Shown here: positions 10,203 to 19,900 of the stretch, piece by piece | How positions within the stretch are numbered: position 1 is the stretch's first letter | Layout: every line of letters begins with the position of its first letter | Origin: a virus | DNA: 64,000 nucleotides | Virus record (IMG/VR): IMGVR_UViG_3300045988_112808 | Direction: 5' to 3' (one strand) | Translations under genes and position numbers: made by a program | Notes under the pieces: generated by a model | Database searches by the model: none | Seen by the model: the letters and a program-made list of their open reading frames with translations, nothing else | What the model was told of the DNA's origin: nothing

Positions 10203-10795
10203 AGGAAATGGAAGAGCGAGAAAACGAGCTGGAAGAAAGGGAAAGAAGGCTCGAAGAGCGCGAACGTCGTCATGAAATGGAAGACCGGGAATACCGGAGG
10301 ATGGGTTACGAATCCTACCCGACCGATTACTATGGAGACGACAGATACTACGGTGACGGACCTCAGATGCGCAGAGGTCGCGGACGTGGCAGAGGTCGTT
10401 CTTATTGAGGAGCAGACGCAGAGGATCCAGCTTATCAGAAATATGTAGATACTTACGGCTACCATTTTTCTAATGCTCTCGCTGATGAGGCGGTAAAGAA
10501 GATGGTCAACGTCGATGGATCCAAGAGGATCTGGAAGCAGCCGGAAATAAAAGATATTTTTGAAAAGTGCGGAGCGAAGAAGCCGGATAAAGCGACATGG
10601 GGCGATGTCCAATATGTCTTTGCAATGTACTATTCGGATGGTTTTCCGAAGGTCTTCAAATGTGAGAACGAGTTGGTGAAAGCTACGTTAATGTATTTGG
10701 ATGATCCGGATGCTCCCGAAGGAGTAGCCTTTATAAGATGGCTTGCCGTGCAAGATTACCTCGGCGAAAAAATAAACTGGAAGGATCTGACCTGA
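10151..10795 (+). pseudogene. single gene split by an in-frame TGA (10406-10408): RG/Y/G-rich disordered N-terminal part plus a conserved-looking C-terminal domain
   Basis: ORFs 10151-10408 and 10502-10795 are in the same frame. The stretch 10409-10501 is open and encodes ...YHFSNALADEAVKKM, contiguous with MVNVDGSKRIW...FAMYYSDG. Only the one TGA interrupts the frame. Confidence 0.55.
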
Positions 10796-10898
10796 GATCC
10801 AGACCCAGGTCCTTCCGGTGGTGCGGGAGCCATAGTAAAAAATATGATTCCCGCATTCCCGTTTTTCCCGTTTGGAAAAAAAGAATAAAAATGTTATA

Positions 10899-10938
10899 CC
10901 GGTCGGCGGGCAATAGAATACCCGTGGCCGGTTTGTTT
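10899..10938 (+). terminator. weak terminator candidate
   Basis: CCGG..CGGG / CCCG..CCGG interrupted stem (10899-10931) followed by TTTGTTT. Confidence 0.3.
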
Positions 10939-10957
10939 CACATAACTTTTTTTTGAC

Positions 10958-11134
10958 ATGAATATAGCACACGAATCTAAATCGAATAAAACCCCATTGT
11001 ATTTAATAGGAGAGTTGATTGGCGTACCGAATACGGTTATGGACTCAGCATTGCATGAACTGAAAGATAGAATAGACAAAGACCCTAAATATAAAGATGT
11101 TAAAAATTGGCTCGAATCTTTACCCAAGATCTGA
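10958..11134 (+). CDS. small hypothetical protein (58 aa, below the ORF-track cutoff)
   Basis: ATG 10958 to TGA 11132-11134 (MNIAHESKSNKTPLYLIGEL...). A strong terminator follows 22 nt downstream. Confidence 0.4.
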   Translation: MNIAHESKSNKTPLYLIGELIGVPNTVMDSALHELKDRIDKDPKYKDVKNWLESLPKI

Positions 11135-11156
11135 ACCTATTTTTCCCAATACCAGG

Positions 11157-11190
11157 CCCGATGCGATTTTAACGTATCGGGTTTTTATTT
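11157..11190 (+). terminator. rho-independent terminator
   Basis: CCCGATGCG (11157-11165) / CGTATCGGG (11173-11181), 9 bp with one G-U pair, 7-nt loop, then TTTTTATTTT. Confidence 0.75.
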
Positions 11191-11236
11191 TAATTCATAT
11201 TGTTTTATTTTAAATCTAATTAATTCATAAATGTCG

Positions 11237-11244
11237 TACATTTG
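11237..11244 (+). promoter_or_regulatory. candidate -7 promoter box TAcaTTTG
   Basis: Matches TAnnTTTG 17 nt upstream of ATG 11262, directly after a terminator. Confidence 0.4.
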
Positions 11245-11261
11245 TTGAAAAAGTATTCTAT

Positions 11262-11489
11262 ATGGAAAATAAGGAAGATTACGTTGGTTACGAAGATCAA
11301 GAACTGTGTAACCGGTATTACAAAGAGGCCGAAGCCATGAGGCAAAAGCAGGACTGGTATCGGCTTAGGGCTGTCCCTGCTCCGGCCAAGGGAACGCCAT
11401 CGCCCGGCTGGGGTCAGCTTGGACGTGGAAATGAAGTTCGTGTCAAGTACGTTAGCATCAATTCAGGATTAGGAGGGGACAGATTATGA
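11262..11489 (+). CDS. hypothetical protein (75 aa)
   Basis: First ORF after the promoter box. Its stop overlaps the next start (ATGA at 11486). Contains a GC-rich patch at about 11330-11440. Confidence 0.6.
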   Translation: MENKEDYVGYEDQELCNRYYKEAEAMRQKQDWYRLRAVPAPAKGTPSPGWGQLGRGNEVRVKYVSINSGLGGDRL

Positions 11490-11701
11490 CCGTAGAAGAA
11501 TTGGCTAATAAAAGATACGGTGGCGAATTTGTTTTTATGCTTGGTCATTTGGAAGGTGTAACAAGATTCGTTTTTGAATGTTTCGATCCCAGACCTGATC
11601 ACGAAGGTAAAAATACTTATATGGTTTCCTATTTTGATAAGCGCATCCGTAGAAGAGATGTAGTAGATGTGCCATGTTATATGAGTGTTTTAGCAAAATA
11701 A
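11486..11701 (+). CDS. hypothetical protein (71 aa)
   Basis: ATGA-coupled to the upstream ORF; same-strand operon context. Confidence 0.6.
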   Translation: MTVEELANKRYGGEFVFMLGHLEGVTRFVFECFDPRPDHEGKNTYMVSYFDKRIRRRDVVDVPCYMSVLAK

Positions 11702-11721
11702 ATTAAAATATTGTAAATATC

Positions 11722-12243
11722 ATGGTTAGAATCGCATATTTCGGAACCGATGGCTGCCCCGGTCATCACGTTATTCCAATACGAGGTAAATTCACAGAAG
11801 AGGATATTAAGGTAATAGAATCTGTAGATTGTGATGATTTCTATAAGGTGTTTGACGTTATGCGTTTTAAGATAGCTGAGTTTAAAGGATGGACGATATT
11901 GGGAATCCCGGCAAGCTTAGACGATCATAGACCTGGGAGCAAAACCGTTATCTTCATAGAGGGTAAAGCTAACGAAGCTGATTTTATGGAAGTCATACAA
12001 GAGTATTCTTTTCTTAAAAATAAGGTAAAGAAACTTATCGAATTGTATCATGATGGAGAATGGCTTGCGACTGGTAAATTGAATCAAGATCCGCCTACTA
12101 ACAAGGAGCGGTTTCAATTTATGTTAGACAAGGATGATAAACTGGTGGTGGTTCCTGGAACGTGGCATGGTAGGTTCAAGAAAGAATGGCCTACTGAAGA
12201 AGAAAAGAAGCATATTGGTAAAAACGGTATTTTAAATTATTGA
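11722..12243 (+). CDS. hypothetical protein (173 aa)
   Basis: ORF-track ORF; tight same-strand packing (20-nt and 3-nt gaps). Confidence 0.7.
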   Translation: MVRIAYFGTDGCPGHHVIPIRGKFTEEDIKVIESVDCDDFYKVFDVMRFKIAEFKGWTILGIPASLDDHRPGSKTVIFIEGKANEADFMEVIQEYSFLKNKVKKLIELYHDGEWLATGKLNQDPPTNKERFQFMLDKDDKLVVVPGTWHGRFKKEWPTEEEKKHIGKNGILNY

Positions 12244-12246
12244 TTT

Positions 12247-12552
12247 ATGTGTGATAAGGAAATTGTTGTATGCGCAGCTATATGGGTTCAAGATCACAAG
12301 AACAAGCCTCACGGTCCAGTAAACATACCATCCGGAACCGTATTTTGTGGATTGAGACATTGTTCCATAATATCTCAACTTGCGGCATACGGTATAGCCC
12401 ATAAAAACCGCAGTGTTCAAGGATTTTTGACGAGCAAGAACCGGTTTTTAACAAGAGAGGAAGCATCTGAACTTGTTAAGAGCAATAATCAGGAAATGGT
12501 AGTAGATAGGAGTGCTATTAGAGAACAATTGTATTCAGAAGATCTATATTAA
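12247..12552 (+). CDS. hypothetical protein (101 aa)
   Basis: ORF-track ORF, 3 nt after the previous stop. The motif GLRHCSII...QGFLTSKNRFLTREEA recurs in small phage proteins by recollection only. Confidence 0.65.
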   Translation: MCDKEIVVCAAIWVQDHKNKPHGPVNIPSGTVFCGLRHCSIISQLAAYGIAHKNRSVQGFLTSKNRFLTREEASELVKSNNQEMVVDRSAIREQLYSEDLY

Positions 12553-12570
12553 CTAAAAAAACAAAACAAC

Positions 12571-12924
12571 ATGGGGTTTAAAATCAAAAAGTCAATCACT
12601 TATGATATGATGGACGACAGTCGGGTAGAGTATGAATTTGATAATACCAATGATTTAAATCATATCATATTTAAAGGTAATTGTAGAGAACCTTTTTCAT
12701 TTAGCAGAGTACTTGTTGAAGAATTAATTAAGACATTTGAAACCATACGGGATAGATACTTTGATAATTATGAACTTAAGGTCTATCTTTACAATTGCAT
12801 AATTCAACTGAGCGTAAATCCAAAGGATCCCAGTGAATCCTTTTTTGGCGTATATGATAGAGATGAGATGAAATTGATATACGGAATAAAGATCAGTATT
12901 CTGAAAGGAATGTTTGGCATATGA
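12571..12924 (+). CDS. hypothetical protein (117 aa)
   Basis: ORF-track ORF; its stop overlaps the next start (ATGA at 12921). Confidence 0.65.
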   Translation: MGFKIKKSITYDMMDDSRVEYEFDNTNDLNHIIFKGNCREPFSFSRVLVEELIKTFETIRDRYFDNYELKVYLYNCIIQLSVNPKDPSESFFGVYDRDEMKLIYGIKISILKGMFGI

Positions 12925-13238
12925 TGACTAAACAAGATATACAAGCAGCGGCATCGTATATTTTCCGAAGCAGTTTTGTCTCGGAGGACCAGGCAAGGAA
13001 AGCAATGGTAAGAGCCGGCAATAACGCTACCAAGATCCTCGTCAAGACCTTTAGAGGCAAGTTGTTCAAGAAAGCTTTTGAAAGAGCCCGTAGAGGAAAG
13101 GATATCAGTTCTTTTGAAAAACAGGAAAAAGAAAGTGGTTTCAATTTTCTACATAATCCTAATAATGGTCGTATGCAAAGCGGTCATATTATAATAGATG
13201 GAATTGGTCTGTTTAAACAAATAATTCATGAAAGGTAA
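12921..13238 (+). CDS. hypothetical basic protein (105 aa)
   Basis: ATGA-coupled to the upstream ORF; Lys/Arg-rich. Confidence 0.6.
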   Translation: MMTKQDIQAAASYIFRSSFVSEDQARKAMVRAGNNATKILVKTFRGKLFKKAFERARRGKDISSFEKQEKESGFNFLHNPNNGRMQSGHIIIDGIGLFKQIIHER

Positions 13239-13398
13239 AAAAGTTGATATTCGTTTAGGCAGAGGTCTGGCGAATCAGATTAAGATAAACAAAACCATCC
13301 CAGTGTCTCATAAACCAAAAGAAGAACGTCGAATGATGTTTATTTGTGGTGATGATATTGCTTCTCTTATAAAGCGGTTTGAAAACGAATCAAAGTAA
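13228..13398 (+). CDS. small hypothetical protein (56 aa, below the ORF-track cutoff)
   Basis: ATG 13228 to TAA 13396-13398 (MKGKKVDIRLGRGLANQIK...). Overlaps the previous gene by 11 nt; a hairpin terminator follows 10 nt downstream. Confidence 0.35.
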   Translation: MKGKKVDIRLGRGLANQIKINKTIPVSHKPKEERRMMFICGDDIASLIKRFENESK

Positions 13399-13407
13399 TA
13401 TAAAGTA

Positions 13408-13434
13408 GGACATGTATCTTGTCCGATTTTTTTT
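13408..13434 (+). terminator. rho-independent terminator
   Basis: GGACA (13408-13412) / TGTCC (13420-13424), 7-nt loop, then GA plus T8 (13427-13434). Confidence 0.6.
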
Positions 13435-13447
13435 ATATATTTGTGGC

Positions 13448-13771
13448 ATGTCAAGAGGTTATTATTGGATACCACAAACAGATGAAACGTTAAATGGCAG
13501 AAGCTATTACGTGGCTAAGATAGTAGGAGATATCACGTTTGATACTAAACGAAAAAGAATCGTATTTCAAGCTGATAGGTATTTCCCTGTAGGATCTGTT
13601 TTCCATTTTACGCACAATTGCTTCAACTATATCATAACTTGCCGACTTCGCAAGCCGGGGCTTTGGTTTGAAGCCAGGAGAGAGGATTCAGGCCCTATTT
13701 GCCCTGAAGATATTGAGCGCTTTGAATCGGGAAGGTTTATACACCGAGATGGGTACATGCATTACATATAA
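13448..13771 (+). CDS. hypothetical protein (107 aa from the ATG at 13448)
   Basis: The ORF-track start at 13412 lies inside the terminator loop, so ATG 13448 (MSRGYYWIPQ...) is preferred. A TATATTTG box (13436-13443) ends 4 nt before it, so the mRNA may be leaderless. Confidence 0.6.
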   Translation: MSRGYYWIPQTDETLNGRSYYVAKIVGDITFDTKRKRIVFQADRYFPVGSVFHFTHNCFNYIITCRLRKPGLWFEARREDSGPICPEDIERFESGRFIHRDGYMHYI

Positions 13772-13823
13772 GCTGAACTTGACGATTTTTCGTAAGATTA
13801 TAATTTTTTTTCATATTATTTTT

Positions 13824-13861
13824 AAGCCATCAGACTGAGAAGTTAGGTGGCTTTATTTTTT
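13824..13861 (+). terminator. rho-independent terminator
   Basis: AAGCCATC (13824-13831) / GGTGGCTT (13846-13853), 8 bp with one G-U pair, then TATTTTTT. Confidence 0.65.
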
Positions 13862-13882
13862 ATGATATGCTTGATTTTTAAC

Positions 13883-13890
13883 TACCTTTG
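13883..13890 (+). promoter_or_regulatory. candidate -7 promoter box TAccTTTG
   Basis: Matches TAnnTTTG 23 nt upstream of ATG 13914, directly after a terminator. Confidence 0.4.
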
Positions 13891-13913
13891 TCTCATAACA
13901 AAAATGTTTTACT

Positions 13914-16900
13914 ATGACATCAGCGTGTATTATTAAAAGAGATAATAAAAAGAAAGTTGTTTCTGTCTCTACCATATCAGGGGACAGGTCTATGTTATTT
14001 GATAAAATAGCATCTATTCCTCTTATGGAGAACAGGGAACGGGCCACTACTGTTTTTAAAACCGTATTTTCTAATAAGTTCTTAAAGGCTTTTGGCGACT
14101 GGAGAAAGAGAGTGCCTATCAACAAACCGGCTTATAATAAGGTAAAATCCAACATCGATCTTATTCCGGAAGCCTATAGAGAAAGGGTGTTGGATAAGGC
14201 TTCTAAGATGAGTAATCCTGTTCTTGTGTCAAAATCAGATGTACCTTATGAAATCCAAGAATCGGGCTTTGGATTCTACAGCCAAAATCTGGGTGATAAT
14301 ATTATGTTGGTGGATGCTATGGTCCCGTCAAGTATTTCCGTACCGGAAGGACCGGGAATAGACGCCGGGCAGTATCTACAAGATGCTATATCTTCGGACT
14401 TCACTCCCGTATCTATGGTACAGGATAAGGGTGTTAATTATATGGTTATAAAAGATGGTCTTAAGATATTTAGCCCAGAGGAGTTACCAGAAACAGATTC
14501 TAATCCTGTGGGTGTAACGTATCAGACCGGAGAGCCTCGTTTGTTTTTCATGAACGATCGTAGTCAATTATTTGAAGATTACGGAGAAGCTCTTCGCTCT
14601 GGCGGGAATGATATTAGAATAGGGTTCTTATCAGGCACCGTTCAAGAATCTACCGTGGATGGCGTGGAAGACATTACTTACAAAGCTGGAAAGTATGTTC
14701 TTAATAATCCCAAGTCTTTTATACCGGTCATGACCGCGTCTGCTTCTACTTCTTTATCAACAAAAGGTGGTATAATTAACTACCTTATAAAGAAAGGTCT
14801 TTTGTCCGGATCTAAGATATTCGATCCTGAAACAAGAAGCTATTATCTTACAGGAGAAGGACATACAGGACAAATTAGACTTTTCAATTCAGCCTTATCC
14901 TACACCGAGCTCCGTAATCATTTTGGTTCCGATGTTTCCATGAACGACCAAGGTATGATAACCATAAGCTCGTTGGATAATAGTAAGGTAACTATGAGGC
15001 TCGCCACCGGAGGAACGGAAAGGGTTAGCAAAGAGCAGATAAAGAACGATCTTAAGTCAGGAAGATACAATGAATTGGACGCCAAGTACGATCATTTTGA
15101 TGCGCTTGTAGTTTCATTCATATTAGAAGACAACGATCTTTATGCTGATACTAAAGCTAAGATCGTATCAGATTATAGCAGGCAGGAACGTGATCAACGA
15201 AATTCTATTGTCGAGATACTGAAAACTCTTGGCGTTAGTGTCATAGGTATGACCGACTATATAGAGAAGTACCAAACCAAATACGGGCATGAACCTTCTG
15301 CTAAGGCATTGGCGGATATTGCCAATAACGTAATAGCAGTTGGTGAAGATGCTACTTTATCTGATTTAGTAGAAGAAACAGCCCACTTCCTTGTAGAGGC
15401 ATACAGAGATCAGAATGCCGTTGAGGCTGTTCTGCAAGATGTAGAAGGTACGGAAGAGTGGAACCAGTATGCAGGTCAGTATTATAATACATACGGTAAG
15501 GTATATGAAGGAGCTGAGCTTGATAATGCTGTTAGGAGAGAAATTCTTGGAAAGATCCTCGCCATGGAGATGCAGACCGGCACAGCACAGGCGCCGGTAG
15601 AGCCCACCTCCTTCCTGGGGCGCGTCCGGCAGCTTCTCTCTGGAATCGTAAGCTGGCTTAAATCAGCTTTATCAACCCAAAGACAAGATTTGAATAACGT
15701 TATTAAAAACATTCGTGATCTTGCCATTACTGACATAGATAAAGGATTTGACACTTCTCTGTTAAAGGATAATGACTTTACATTATACTCCCTTTCTTCT
15801 ATGAACAAGAACAAGTTTCTTGAGTCTAAGATCAGATCACTAAGAAAAACATTAAGAGACTTACGTCAGATAAGCTCTGATAGGGCTGTAACTACGTCTA
15901 TGACCCTTGCTCAGCTTAAGACCATAGAAGATAAGATAAATAAGGTAGAGACCGAAATAGACAAGAATGAGATGGCGGCTGCCATGAACAGCATGATCTC
16001 CACAGCCGAAGCTCAGGTTAGATACTTAAGTAATGTGGTGAACACCATCCTTCATGGTGATACCAAAGACGGTAAGCTTCACTTCAATACCAATGATCGA
16101 AAGAACGTAGATATTATCAACAATCAGGTTCTTCCGATCATGAACGATCTTCGAGGATATATCCGTAACAGAAGTACCGAATTTGATGAACGTGAAAAGC
16201 AGGATTATACAAATAGGATCAATACCGTCATTGCCGACATCAATGGTATTCAGTCTGATATTAAATCAGTACAAGACCTTGATGAAAGTACGTTGCTTGA
16301 TAAGTTAATGAACGAACTTCATGTGCCGGCAGATAAGGTAAAGAGAGTAAAAGAATTTTTTGACAAGGTTCAACACGATGTTTCTTGGATAAGTAGGTGG
16401 TTTGGTATATTAGAGCATTCTTCCAGCCCGTTCAATAACGCTCTTGGAGCTATGATTGCCAAAGACAATTACAATGCGATGGTGAATGCCCAGCCCGCCA
16501 TATCCGACTTCCTGGCATATGCTAAAAAGCATGGTTTTAACAAATCTGAATTTGAAAAACTGCTTCAGAAAGTAGACGGCAAAACTTCCAATTACCTTCG
16601 TAGTGCTCTTGATATGGCTAAATACGATCGTAATAAGAAGCTGGCGCAGATGCGAGCGTTTGCGACTGCCATGAACATAGAGATATCAGAAGAAGAAATT
16701 GGTGATGTGGTTGACAATAACCGTAATTACGTATTTAAAAGAGAAGTAGTTGACAAGGACGGAAATACGGTTACTGAAAACGCTAAATTTAAACCATCGT
16801 CCGATAGGGTTAATACCGATATTTTTACCATCGAGCAGGAAAAGATCTATACGGAGCAGATGGAAAAGTGGGATGCTGAAAATTCAGAATTGGAATTTAG

Positions 16901-19900
16901 TGAAAGTTATGCCACAAGAATGGAATCCATATACAAAAAGGCTGAAGAAGAATTAGGACATCCGGTTTCTCAAACAACCAAAGAATACCTTAATGCCTTA
17001 TCCCGGCAAAAACGGATATTGAGGCAGCCTTTTATTGATAGCGGTGGTAATTTTGATGAGGTTGCCTACTATAAGAGTAGTAACTACGAAGAAGAAGGAC
17101 TGCTTCGTAAACAACGTAAGGAGGCAGCTTCGGAATACATATATGTAGGAACCAGGAGAGTGGAAAAAACCGGCGACCAACTTAAGATGGCCAAAGAAAT
17201 ACAAGCCATAAATGAAGTTTGGAGAAAAGAATCAAATAATGCCACTAATGCCGTATCAGAATCGTTTTTGCAAAAATTAAGAACGATTCAGAGCGAGTCT
17301 GGAGGAGAAGCTGCGCTGAAGACGCTTATGTTGGGGGGTCACCTGTCATTCAACGATCGGTTTTGGAATGACGTAGAATCGGAACAGTCGGCGCGTACCG
17401 AATCAAATAACAAGGCTTCGTATCTTAAAATGGCGCATGATATCATTAGTTCTACGACAAGTGATAGAGATGCGACTGACGTGGACTCGATTGTAAAAGA
17501 TATAGAAAAAAATAAGGCCATTATCAAGGAAATAATCGGAAACAATCGCGATGTGGCTGATATCGGAGAAATCAATGAAGCGACATTTACCTCATCTGAA
17601 AGAGATGCTTTTAGGGCCGCATCTGAAGCTATTGAAGCCGATTACGCTATTTTGATAGATTATGCTAAGATGGTGGGTCTTGAAGATATTGATAAGTACC
17701 TTACTAAAAGCAGTAAGGCTGAAAACGAAGTAAATCAGTCTTATTTAAGTGCTCTTGCTGACTCTAAGGAAATTGAATGGCAGTTTGCACAGCGTCATAC
17801 TACTGCCAAAAAAGCCAAAAGGATTCAGGCTCTTAGAGATAAGTTATTCATGGCTCAAGATAACAGGTATATGTTTACCGTCTCTGAAACCAACTACTTG
17901 TCAGAAAAATTGGGAATAGATAAAAAGCTAGATCGTAGAGATTTTAGGAATGCGGTTAGAGCTAAGATGTCTGACATATTTGGACACGATAACGGAGTAG
18001 CTGAAGTGAACGATATCGTTAATGAATTTGCCAGGAGCCAGGTCTTTTCGTACTATAAACGCATGGCGCCTACCGGATATGCGGCTATGATCGACAAAAT
18101 CGGTCGAGGTGAGATAGATGTGGCGCAGATGGTTAAGGACGTACAAAACGGTACATCCACCCAAGATTATGGCATGGACATATCGTACCTGTCTTTCGAT
18201 CCTGCAAGGGCATGGGTGGCTGAATCTGAAGCCGAAAATAGCGGCCGTAATCCTGATTATGTAAAAGATCATGGGTATGGTCATCGCATGCCTAAGAAAA
18301 GCCTGTATCGTGATGAATCATATTTCAACGACTTCGGCATTAAGTATGATGCTGATGGTAATGAGGTTGCTACTAAAAACATAGAGCAGTGGAATATGAT
18401 TCAAAAACTCAAGGAAATAAAAAGACAATCCCTTGATCTATACAAAGAGCAGAGCCCGAACCTGTATGCTATTCCACAGATATCCAAACAAGATATAGAA
18501 CGTATAGAAGGGTTAGGTATCAGCCTTAAAAGTACGGTCAGGAACTTCGTATCCGACTTATGTCTTGACCGCGTAGATGACTCCCTGTATGGTAAAACAC
18601 GTCAGGGTGAGGTATATGATCCGGAAGATAGGGTTCGGTCCATACCTAAATACTACATATATGAATTAGAGAACCAAGATGATGTATCTCACGATTTTGG
18701 CTACTCTTATTCGATGCTTATGATGCAGTCATCGTTATATAACGAAAAGCAGAAGTCTATAGAGCTTGCCCAAGGACTGGAGCAGATGTTACTGAATAAA
18801 CAATTTGAGGGTGGTAAGAAGGCTGAAGCAACCCAAGCATATCAGATGTTCAGGGACTTCTTCAACGATCATTATTATGGCATTAGGATGAACACCAAAA
18901 AACTTACGGTGAACATCGGAGGATATACGGTAGACCTTACAAGAATTATGATGGCTGTTGAAAGGTTTATGTCGGTCATGAACTTGGCACTGTCTCCGTT
19001 TGTGGCAGCTACCGGCGCCCTTACCGGCCATATCAACCTCATCATGGAATCTGCCGTAGGACAGTATATAAGCAAAGACTCCCTTAAATACGCATCGGCT
19101 GAGTTTTCACGTCTTGCGCCATCTTGTATAGCAGAAACCGGAGACATAGATAGGAAAAGCAAATTATATGTCATAGGTGAGAGAATGGGGATATTCAATA
19201 TCCGAAATCGTATGTATGGTGCCGGATACAATAGAGCGGCCAGGACCTTAATGCGTTCGCCTATGTATGCTTTTATGGAAATCCTGAACTACCCTCTTGA
19301 TCCGCAGGTTATGATTGCTACTATGGACAATGTTCGTTATTACAAAGGCCGGTTCTACACGTTCCAAGATTTCAAGATGGAAAAAGAACGTAATAAAGAA
19401 CAGAGTACCATAAAAAGAGAATGGAATGCATTAAAAGATCGTACTTTATGGAGTATGGTAGACGTCGTGGATGGGAAGGTGGTTGTAAAGCCAGGATCGG
19501 GTGTTACTGTTGAGGAAGTTGAAACCCAGATGGCTATAACCAGAAATCAAGTTCGTAGCTTGTCGCAGATATGTAACGGATCTTTGAATGAAGAAAACCG
19601 AACTGCCGCATCGCGCAACTGGATAGCCAGGTTCATGACCGCCCACCGAGGATGGTTGGTGCTGGCGGCTCAACGTCTGTGGAAAAGACGTGGCTTCAAT
19701 TTCCAGACAATGCAAGAAGAGGAAGGACTGTCAATTACGTTAAAGAATATGATAGCCAAAACATTTAGCTTAGCTTCCGAGTCTGGTATGAAAAACATCA
19801 TAGATGCCTGGAACGAAAATAAAGACAATATGAATGAGGTAGAGAAAACCAATATAAAACGTCTCAGTGTCTATGCCGGCACGTTCCTTATCATGCAAGC

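Noticed and set aside
10088-10612. 174-aa minus-strand ORF antisense to the Bro-N tail and RG-rich gene
   Set aside because: It lies antisense to a GC-rich, low-complexity coding region, where stop codons are rare. Its sequence is compositionally odd (His/Phe/Ser/Val runs), and it has no operon context on the minus strand.
10738-11127. ORFs 10738-10956 (+), 10688-10972 (-), 10731-10913 (-) and 10894-11127 (-)
   Set aside because: They are mutually overlapping ORFs in a GC-rich, hairpin-rich intergenic stretch, with arginine- and proline-rich translations that show no recognisable motif. The 58-aa plus-strand ORF 10958-11134, which has its own terminator, explains part of the region better.
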